A stretch of 61,681 nt of DNA, filler included, from Rhabdomonas costata (taxonomy: Eukaryota): NCBI GenBank assembly GCA_019059605.1. It is 19 parts of 19 records of this genome, joined end to end, with 100 filler letters (N's around TTAATTAATTAA, not from the genome) between each part and the next. Parts side by side here need not be neighbours in the genome. Positions count along the whole stretch, not along the records: positions 26,001 to 29,150 come from JAHMHO010001289.1; positions 29,251 to 32,398 come from JAHMHO010001290.1; positions 32,499 to 35,640 come from JAHMHO010001291.1; positions 35,741 to 38,888 come from JAHMHO010001292.1; 15 more parts are not named here. One strand, given 5' to 3'. The number at the start of each line of letters is the position of its first letter. Position 1 is the stretch's first letter. This document shows, one piece after another, positions 25,901 to 36,135 of the stretch. Position numbers and translations under genes: made by a program. The notes under the pieces were generated by a model, which saw only the letters and a program-made list of their open reading frames with translations, searched no databases and was not told the origin of the DNA.

Positions 25901-27119
25901 NNNNNNNNNNNNNNNNNNNNNNNNNNNNNNNNNNNNNNNNNNNNTTAATTAATTAANNNNNNNNNNNNNNNNNNNNNNNNNNNNNNNNNNNNNNNNNNNN
26001 CTCATTCCAGGACAATTGCATTTAAGTTGTAGATTACTTGTGCGGTGGTTCCATGTCTTCTTCCCAAGCTACATTCTCAGTGTCTGTGCATTTATTGTGG
26101 ATTTTTGTCTCCTACAGGCGAAGCTAGCTGTGGCGGGCCCTGAAACCTTCCGGTGATGGCCGACGTATAGTGCCAATGATCCCAGTGGGTTTCTCGGTCT
26201 TTTTGCAGCCACCTAATCCAGTGGTGGGCATTTGTAGAAGATGTGTGCACTTCGTTTGGTTTTATTCATTAACTTAGTTCTTTTTTATGTGCCTTGAAGA
26301 AAGGCCAGCTGGATTTTTCAGGTCTGTTTGGAAGACATGAGCTGTGCATGTTTTGTATGAGGGGGGGGGGGTGAGTTCACTTTGTGTGTTCCCTTTTTCT
26401 GAGGGACAGGGATCATGAAGCACTTCTTTTGCGTTCCTGTTTACGTGACGAAATGGCTCCCACCGAGAGCATATGTAATTTTGTTTTCGCTTTCTGGACC
26501 TGGAGAAGCCGTCCACAAATGTGTTTGCTTTTTCTTTCTTTGCTTTCTCTTGACAGATACCTCTCTCGATACCTTGTCACAGGATGGAGCCATGTGACAG
26601 TGGACTTTACGCCATTCTTTCGATTCCCCAAACAATCGCCTGGATTCTTTCACTAAGCAAACATGTGATTTCAAGGTTGTGTTTTATTTGCTGAATAACT
26701 GCATTCAATTTGGCATTTTCCCGTCGTGACGTCACTTCAAACCTTCTGTGGGTTCTTAATTGTTGAATTGCTCTCTTGCGACCTGCTTCTTAACTTGCTT
26801 CAACTTGCTTTGATCATCCTCCTTTTGGAGGGGGAGGACGGGGATAGGGTGGACTCTGCAATATCCTGTAACGCATGTTTCGATTTCAATCGCCACTCTT
26901 TCGTGACGCAACAATAACGCCTCTCCCCTGGCATCCATCGTGGGCATGCGCGTGTGTTTCACGGAGCGATGTTCTACAAACGCTAAATTCCTGTTGTTCG
27001 GACGAAAAGGGTCCCATTGCAACTGATTTTAAATGACGGCTGATACCAAAAAGCGTGGACCTTCTGCTTCGCACTTCTGTTTCGTGAAGGTAATCTTGGC
27101 TTTTGGGTTCAAAAACAGA

Positions 27120-28083
27120 ATGGAAGCCTTTGACGCTCATTTTCATATCATCGACGACAGGTTTCCCCTGGTCCCGAACAACGGCTACCTACCCCCAAGT
27201 TTCACCGTGCAAGACTACCTGCAAGAGCTGCGAACGAAGTTTTCCACTACCCTTCAGGTCCAAGGTGGCGCTGTGGTCTCGGGCTCCTTCCAGATGTATG
27301 ACCAAAGCTACCTCTGCAATGCCCTGCAGAAACTGGGCAAAGGCTTCGTTGGTGTNNNNNNNNNNNNNNNNNNNNNNNNNNNNNNNNNNNNNNNNNNNNN
27401 NNNNNNNNNNNNNNNNNNNNNNNNNNNNNNNNNNNNNNNNNNNNNNNNNNNNNNNNNNNNNNNNNNNNNNNNNNNNNNNNNNNNNNNNNNNNNNNNNNNN
27501 NNNNNNNNNNNNNNNNNNNNNNNNNNNNNNNNNNNNNNNNNNNNNNNNNNNNNNNNNNNNNNNNNNNNNNNNNNNNNNNNNNNNNNNNNNNNNNNNNNNN
27601 NNNNNNNNNNNNNNNNNNNNNNNNNNNNNNNNNNNNNNNNNNNNNNNNNNNNNNNNNNNNNNNNNNNNNNNNNNNNNNNNNNNNNNNNNNNNNNNNNNNN
27701 NNNNNNNNNNNNNNNNNNNNNNNNNNNNNNNNNNNNNNNNNNNNNNNNNNNNNNNNNNNNNNNNNNNNNNNNTTGGGCTCTCTAAAGAGACCTTCCCACT
27801 GCTGTGCGACCTCTACAGAGACAGGCCGGGCCAGGTCTTCGTCAAGGCCACGGGTTTCATGCGGACCAACTTTACCGAGCCCGAGCTAGAGAATGCTCTG
27901 GGAACCCTGGCCAGCATCGACCCCAACCGGATCGTCTTTGGCACTGACCTGCCCTCGACTCGCGCCAAGTGGCCCTTCTCTGAGATCGATATTCAGCTAT
28001 TGAAGCGTGCCTTCCGACAAAACTCTGACACTCTTCGTAAAATAATGCTAAGCAATGCTCAGCGTCTGTACAGGCTTCTCTGA
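27120..28083 (+). CDS. Amidohydrolase_2 family protein (2-pyrone-4,6-dicarboxylate lactonase-like), bacterial type, with an internal assembly gap at 27356-27772
   Basis: FDAHFHIID metal-binding motif, GGAVVSGSFQ..DQSYL, GLSKE, VKATGF and VFGTDLPSTRA. ATG at 27120 and TGA ending at 28083; no intron in the sequenced parts. Confidence 0.88.
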
Positions 28084-29492
28084 ATCAGTCGTAGCCCCCC
28101 TACTGCTTGATGAGTACCTTTCGTTTCGCGAGGTACATCATATTGCCCTTACCTCCTTGCAAAGTTGTATCAAAAGCCATCATTTGGACTTACAGGGCTG
28201 GGGATAGAAAAAAAATGTTGCAAACCATGTCATCACAACAGCCTCTTATACATTCGAAGCTCCAAAGGTGTGATCACTTTTTGTGGGAGATGAAGTGTTT
28301 TGGTGCTGGCGGCTTTAGCTGTACGTTTCAGCTTCTCAGTTTTGACTGGCACTCGCATATACTGAACTTCCTCACTGCTTATCTATTAGTGTCCCATGGA
28401 AATGTCTACAAAGCTTGGCGCCATGAAGGCGGGGGGGGGCCGATATTTTCTTGTTGTCACTTGAGTTGCCTTTGTTGCCTTTGCTTGATTTGATTGGTTT
28501 GAATGGGAGGACGGGGGGACGAAACTGACCAAGTCCAAGCCCGATCTGGTGGTCATGTTCGCCTCTACCCCCTTCCCGCAAATTCAAAAGGAAACATTTC
28601 GGCAACACAAAAGGAAACATTTCACCACTCCCTTGTCGGTGGCACGCAAAATACAAGCCGCTTGGGGCTGTGAGCAGTCCCTTGGGTCTGCGTGTCCGCA
28701 GCTCCTTGTGTCTGTTCCTCCAGGAGGGGGGGGGGGGTATGCATAATTTCTCGTGTTTTCTGCCACGCTTGGGTCGTGGGCTTCAAGGTGACGTGGTGTT
28801 GCTCTTTGGACTTTTCTGCAAAGCTCTATTGTTATTTTGTTTTTGGGTTACTCTTGCTTTGAGTGGGCTCGCCTTCCCACCTCCACTGATCGACTGCACC
28901 TCGGTCCGCAAAGTACGAATGACCCTGGTTCGGTGCGCTCTGTGGAGATCGGCGCTTCCCGCTCTCCAAGGGAAGTTTCTGAGCCGCCGGTCCATGTACA
29001 CGGCGAAGATGTTCTCCGTCCTGGTTTGCACGCCCTCTCGTTTCCTTTGCTTGGCACGAATGCAGACTAAGGATTCATAGTTGGGGACCTTTCTCTCTGG
29101 TCTTTTTCTACACAGGACACACCTTCGGTCTATCTGGCCTTCTCTCCCGTNNNNNNNNNNNNNNNNNNNNNNNNNNNNNNNNNNNNNNNNNNNNTTAATT
29201 AATTAANNNNNNNNNNNNNNNNNNNNNNNNNNNNNNNNNNNNNNNNNNNNCTCGTTGGTATCCCAAAGCACCTCAACTTCGCCCTTGATCTCTTTTCAAG
29301 CCATGTTATTACATTTTTGGTCTGAATTTTGGTATTCAGGAGCTTTCCAGGGGAGAAACTGGTGTTTGGTGTGCACATAGATCGCTCCATCCTTCTTAAT
29401 TCATTTTCGAGTCGCCGAATAAAAGTGTCCACCGCGATATTTCACCTGATGCCGACTTCTTGGCACCCCACCCCACTCCCCTGGCGCCGCAG

Positions 29493-29678
29493 GATCGCAT
29501 CCTTCCTCCGTGGCTGTACGATAGCCTTCCGGTGGTGAGGGCGGACCTTGCGCGGCTTCGACCGGCCCACCTCTTGCAGGCCTGGGATGAAATGTCCCAC
29601 ACCCAGTTCAACGTGGGCCGGCTGTGGATGCCTTGGTGGATGACTTTCATCCTTCGGGAATGCCTGGCAGTGCCGTAG
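29493..29678 (+). CDS. Terminal exon of a putative exostosin-like glycosyltransferase
   Basis: AG acceptor, then LYDSLPVV...LLQAWDEM..TQFNVGRLWMPWWMTFI and a TAG stop. This resembles the C-terminus (ly..LPv...L...yW..I) of algal/bacterial exostosin-like proteins as recalled. Confidence 0.45.
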   Translation, partial: DRILPPWLYDSLPVVRADLARLRPAHLLQAWDEMSHTQFNVGRLWMPWWMTFILRECLAVP

Positions 29679-30833
29679 GGCCGCTGGCAATCTCCATCCA
29701 TTCATCCGACCGGCCGGCCGGCTGGGAGGATGGCAGCAAGACGCAACTTGTGGATCTTTTCTTTTGTGTGTTCGCGTGTTTGTGTTTGTGTTTGTTTTCC
29801 ACTCTGCGGATCGGCATTACACGTCGTGTGGCGCCGACAGAAAGTTATCGGAACGAACAGTTTGAAGGGAGTTATATCTGTGCCTGCATCAGCTGAAGAT
29901 CGGTTGGAGATCGCCTCTTCTCGCCACTGCTTCAGTGTATCCAGTGATTTCTCGTCCTGACTGCAGAGGGAATGTGGTGCGTTCCGCATGTTCTTTTTTA
30001 CCCCCCCCCCTCCTCCACTCAGTGCATATTGCAAGAAAGCAAAATGCCGCACGCTGGACGGCCCTTCCACCTCAACCTGCTCGCAAGATGCGCAACGAAC
30101 CTCACTGACAACTCTTTTAGCGCTGTGGCGGTGAGTTGGCAAGCCTCCCTTCCTGTTAAGATGGGAGGTATGTTTTATATGCATCCGTGCATGACAATAC
30201 AATTTACCTCCGAAACTCACAGTTTAGCGTGCTACGAGTTTCCAAGTGTAAATTCGCATCAGGGGTTTTTACATTCTCTCTGGCTTTGCTAAGACTGAAG
30301 TACATGGGTTCTGATGGCGCAACGTTCCGTATATATATTGCGTGGTCACTTTTTTTTAGCAAACTCAAAAATTTAGGCCGACCTAGCGCTTGGGAATGTG
30401 GTCCAGGGAATCCTCCCCTCGCAAAAAAAACGCCAGTAGTGGTAACAAAAAAGGTGGCACAGGGTCACACAAAAGTGAAGGCTTTCTGAAATCCTTCTGA
30501 TTCGCCAAATAAAATCGTCACCGCGATATTGCTTCGTTTTCTTTTCACAACGGAGAAGAAAGAAATGTTGGTGGCACACCGGCGCAGGAGGAGTCGAACG
30601 GTGTGCAAGCTATGGTTCGTTTTCTTGTCGGCAAGCTTGCCACAAGTGTTTATTTTGCGAGGTGCTCAACCGCACCCACCCCTTTCCAAACATCTGGCCG
30701 AAAAAGAATAAGGTCAGCGCGTGGGCTTCCAAGTGCCCAAATGGCCTTTCCAGTCTGTGCAAAGGCAAACAGGCCTGGCATACTTATCGCGATGCCCTAC
30801 TCATGAAAGATGTTCCCTAGGTAGCACTGGAAT

Positions 30834-32398
30834 ATGATGTTGATCATGCTTTGTTTCCTCATGGCAGTTGCTGAGCTGATGCCTTATTCTAATGCCGCAC
30901 TCCATTGGGGTGTTATTGTTCTGGTGTTGTGCGTTCTGGGAGCTGCCCAGGAAGCACCAATCCGAGTCCCGAAGAAGCGAACTCATCCCGCCGTTTCCTC
31001 TTTCCCCGTCCCTCGGATAGCAAGAAGTGCTCTTCGCCACGTGCACATTCCGCGGTTCAGCCCGAACCGCTATCGATGGAGACCAATGTCCAGGCGTTCG
31101 TATGCCGATGAGACCCGCCGTGCAGTATCGTTGCCCTCCGAGCAGCAGCTGTATGCCCGGCTGCCCCGAGAGCCGGGCCTGCGCACCCTGGTGCACTGGC
31201 TGGAGAACCTGTGGTGCTACCCCTTGCTGCAGGTGCAGAATCCGACGTGCCGAAGGATGGAGTGGGAGGCGGACTCGAGGCCGCTGTGCCTGCGGCCGGA
31301 GCACCTCAAGCTTCCGGACAAGTGGGTCAGCTTTGAGGCATGCGTCTTGAAGTGTTGCTTTGCTTCCGCTTTGTTTGTATTTTGCTAAAACTACCACAGC
31401 TCCTGTGTTTGTCTGTGCGTGTGTGCCTTCAGTACTGACAGTTGGACTGTCAATCGCCTCAGTGATGGTGCTCGCCCTTTGCGTGGAGCTTAGTCCGCGA
31501 TGCTTGGAATGGAGGTCCACAGAATGAGGCAATTCCTTTTGGAGGCGTAGTTGGCACCCGATCAACCAGAATAATTCCGAAGACACACGTCGAACGGCTA
31601 CTGTGCGCGGACATGAGCGCACATCTCATGGGGTTAGAACGTGCCCCCCCCCCCACTGCTGGGGGGAATCGAAAGTGAGGAGGCGGCCAACCTGGCTTTT
31701 TAATTGACAGTACCGTTGTGGGTGTCACAGGAGTTCCTGAAGGCCCAGCTGGTGTACCCCAACCCGTTCCCTGCGCCCATGCAGACCAAAGGCTTTCCCT
31801 TCATCGACGGAGACTCCTTCAAGTACCTGGGAAACCATATCTGGGAGACTTTCTCCCACATGAGGTCACATAATGCTTTGTGCAATGCTTCAAGTCTTTA
31901 AAGTCATTTCTAATGAGCCACCCGGCAACAGCGGCTCGCAGACAGATCCAAAGCAAGGAACATTCACCAGACCCCACCGGGACGAAAACCGAGAGAGCGT
32001 CCGGTTGTCACTGTACGCCGGATGTTGGATATTAATGCTGAGGTGAGAGGTGGTGGAGACTGCTGTTTCTGTGCGCGTGCGTCAACTGCTTCTCAGAATG
32101 CAAGAGTGGCGCGAGAATTCTCCCTACATGAAGGATTCCTTCGACCCCTCCAAAATGAGTAACCGCTCGCTGATTTTCTGGAGTATGGGCAACTTTGACA
32201 ACGACCGCCGCGGTGGCAAGTCCGATTACGACTTCTTGATGGAGGCACTGCGGAAGGGCAAGATCCGCTCCCACTTCTTCCTGATTCACCACCGCGAGAA
32301 CAACCCAAAGTTTCTCATGGAGCTTCTGGACCACCCTCTGCTGCTGAAGCTCTTCGCGGTGGATGTCCCTGTTCACGTCAGGCACCCCAAGTTGGTGC
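30834..32398 (+). CDS. Putative type II membrane exostosin-like glycosyltransferase, 5' part (exons ~30834-31325, 31731-31864, 32097->32398)
   Basis: N-terminal hydrophobic anchor, in-frame GT-AG junctions, and PFIDGDSF and HPKLV motifs resembling that family. Start codon uncertain. Confidence 0.5.
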
Positions 32399-32553
32399 NN
32401 NNNNNNNNNNNNNNNNNNNNNNNNNNNNNNNNNNNNNNNNNNTTAATTAATTAANNNNNNNNNNNNNNNNNNNNNNNNNNNNNNNNNNNNNNNNNNNNGT
32501 TGGGTGTGTTGGGCGATGGGAAATGGGGGAGGGCGATCGATTTATCAAAGGAC

Positions 32554-34488
32554 CTGCGAGTCTGAGGGGGGCAGCACACTGGCGGGCTGCCTGCAGATGA
32601 TCATCGAAGCGTTCACGAACACCACGCTCCCCTCGTTCACGCTGCCCGAGACCACCACGGTGTCGTCCCACTCAATCCGGCACCGCAGGTAGGTCTGCGG
32701 GGGGGGGGTGCGGAGCAATGAACACACTTCCCACAATCTGCACATATACAATTTCGGCGCACAATGCTGCTTGCCTCTTCGCTTGCTCTGCAACACTCGT
32801 GAGCTGTGCAGCCGTGCACAGATACCGTGTTCTGGAAGCCCTGGCCGAACAGAGAGAGCCAGGTACCCCCCCACATGGGGCCCCGGTTGGGCACCACGCT
32901 ATCGATGTTCGGTGCTGGGGCACGCAGCAAGCGCTCCCCATTATCAGTTGCATGCCCGAACACTACGACTTCGATCTGGTGCCCGTCACAGGTGTCATCA
33001 CTGCCCTAAAGCAGAGAAGGGACAGCACAAAAAGTGTGGTGGTTGTTTTCTTTTCAATTTCAGCCCTGATCAAAATCAAGTGCGGCTTTTATCAGGCGAT
33101 GAAAATGCCTTTAGTGGACGAATCAGGTTTTCATTGCAATTCAATTGGGTTAAGGTCAACCACGGTGACCTTTTTTTTCTTTTTCGACTGTAATGGAAGG
33201 ATTGTATCTTGAACATTAGGTTACAATGGCGAATCCATCTTGCTGGGGAGCGTGCAAGGTCAAAAAGTCAGAAGCATAAAACTATAAGGTTATCACACTC
33301 TCCGGCGCAGACAACGGCAGCACAGCTAAGGTCACCGGCACATCTGGAAGACTTCCCTATATCTCAGAAAAGGTGACCTGAACTGAGAAGCCTCGGATGC
33401 CAAGAAGAGATAGTTTACAACAGCGGCACCAATTTGGTACCAATCTGTCCAACTCTCAGTTTCAGGCACATCATTGACTGCCCGGGGTGAAGGACTGATT
33501 CAAACACTAATATTTCCATAGGGCTGTTGAAGAAGATAGGGGTATTTAAGCCAAATGTGTGTGCGCGCCCCGTAGTCCTCAGCAGTGAGCATCAACAACC
33601 CGACATTTCGAAGATCACCATTCCCGCTCGTGAAGGCCATCGTACAAATGCTACGGTATTCATCATAAAAGCGTTGGCACGACCATAAATGTTTCTGCGA
33701 TATCCCCTCTCACACACGCTATCCGTACTAACATCACAAACACTAAGTTAACACCCTAAAGTGGCTTTTTTGCCCTCCCTGCCCAGCCATGTCCGGTGTG
33801 ACCCCAGACCAGACCTATTTCCTCGAGTTGTGGCAAACCCACAGACTCTTCAGCCTTTCCCATGTCCGAACGTTTTTTTCCCATTTGTTGGTCGCCAGTT
33901 CTCTCCTCTGAACGTGCCATATCTCCTCCGAAGTCAGTTCCTTCCATTTTATCAAGCCGCTCTTTCTTCCTGGAACCCCCCCTCCCTCTCTTTGTTCTTT
34001 GTCTGATGTCTGCTGTTTGCTGGTTGAGGTTTGCACGTGGACCTTGCAGAGAGTTAAATGGCCCAACATCCCCAAATGATGGGCCCAGATGATTTTCCTT
34101 CATTATTGTGAAGGTCCCTTTCCCCTCCCATAACAGTCACACAGTGTTATTTTTGGGTCGTTACGCAAAAAAAAAACTGGCGGCAAACATATTCAGAACC
34201 GGAACCGATGAAATCAGTTGACAATTGTATGAAAATGACAAACCAGCAGGATCCTTGCCAGAAGCTTCCCCCCCCACACACACACACCTCCGGGGCTCGA
34301 CAAATCAGGGTGCTCTTGTCCACAAACTCCGCAGGGACCACGGAGTAACCCGCCGCAGAGTAGAACTGGCACGCCAAGTCGATGGAAGGGTAGAAGCCCT
34401 CCCCGATGATGGTGACGTTGGTCCCTCCTCGGGTATCCGCAATGGAGGGATTGAAGCCCGACACCGCGAACAGCAGTAACGGCACAAG
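32554..34488 (-). CDS. IPT/TIG repeat-containing protein, partial (exons 34488-34288, 33005-32826, 32694-32554; possible extra exon 34984-34848)
   Basis: Two IPT/TIG signatures: FNPSIADTRGGTNVTIIGEGF...FVDKSTLICRAP and IDSVVPNRGPMWGGTWLSLFGQGF...FVNASMIICRQP. Confidence 0.8.
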
Positions 34489-36135
34489 CTGAGGATAAAA
34501 ACGCGCACCAGAGAGCCCAGTAAATTTGCGGCTCACGCGCACGAGTATTTGCCGGTGGGCCTCTTGTATTGGGGGGGGGGGCGTTAAACGTTTAAAACTG
34601 GTAAGCGGTGGTCAATTTTACCCCTTTGTTAATTTATATCCATCTTGGGAACGGGAAAAACGCAGTTGTTACGGTAGAATGAACCCGCAATGGGGGGGAC
34701 CAAGTACAAAGGAAACAAAAAAACTAATTGCCAGGCCCAAGAAGGATGCAAGAAAGATCCAAGAAGGATGAATCGGCGCAACAAAGGAGGGCAGGCAAAA
34801 AGACTGAGTTCCTGGAACAAGTGGGCTTGTAAGTTGCGGCTTTGTGCCTCAGAGTGGAGGCAGCAGGGTGCAGCAGTGGATGCGTTTGAGCGGGCCCTCG
34901 CCCAACGAGCTCGAGAGGTGGCCTGGAGCCGGAACCTGCTCCCAACCCCGGGGCACCTCTGCACCGGCTCCCAGCGTGGGCACCCTGCGGCGCAGGTTAG
35001 AGCCTTCGCCGCTCAACAACATTTCTGTCGGGGGTTTTTGTGGTGGGGCGAAGCGGAAAGTTTGGGGTGTAACTTCTTGATTCTTGATTCGGGGAACCAA
35101 AGTGTGAATGGTTGTGTATGGTGGTATTGCGGTAGTTTTGGCCAGACGGCCGTGGGCGTGGCTTTTCCTTTTCTGAAACCCCCAAAATACTTTTTTTTTT
35201 GGAAAATTGAAGTTGACCTCGAGTCCAAGCCCTCTACGAATCTGGATTCTACTGGTACTGGGCTGCGGTTCAGCTTCTTTCTCTTCAGTGTTTTCTTCAT
35301 GCCTGTAGGACGGCCTTCGAGCTGAAGTTCCAGAGCCGTGCTTTTGGACGGGGTGTTCTCTTGAAGGTGCTCTTACCCCCCCCCCCCATGCACACACCCT
35401 AACCTTTACTCTGTGTTGCTTCCCTGGTTTGGCAAGCTCTCATTGCGGGTGTGTTCCAAAACGCCACCCAAGTTTGCTGCTGCTGCCCGGATCATATAAG
35501 ATGACGATACGTTTTTCGCAGATGCCGTGAGTGCGTGTGCTGGTGTGTAAGCGCTGTTCTATCCCCAATGCTTCGCAACAGCACAGAAGCAAAGTTTGCT
35601 ACAAAGATTCAACGGATTTCCGTTGAATCTTTGTACCAAANNNNNNNNNNNNNNNNNNNNNNNNNNNNNNNNNNNNNNNNNNNNTTAATTAATTAANNNN
35701 NNNNNNNNNNNNNNNNNNNNNNNNNNNNNNNNNNNNNNNNGATTCTCCTTCTTCTTCCTCGTGATCGAGGGGGGTAGAAAAACAGTATACATAACTCATT
35801 TTCTTGAAATTCATGCATATGGGGAAGTTGACATAGTATCCTAACTCCCTATGTGCCCGAAACGTGCCCTAAAAATAACATCTCCAAAAACAAGTTGCGT
35901 CTTTTAGCTGTGCTAAACGGAGCACGTCAAACCCTCCAACTCATCCATCCGCTCCGATGGTCTCCGCACCTAAAAAAAACCTCGTCCTATTTGTCTTCCA
36001 AAACCCACCAACGACAAGTGCAAAAATCTGCAAAGGCAGAAAAAACGTTTCGCAGCGCTAAACAACAAACCCCCCAAAACACCACAATTGTCCCGAGGAA
36101 GAGAAAACCAAAACACTATTAACACACACCCAGAC

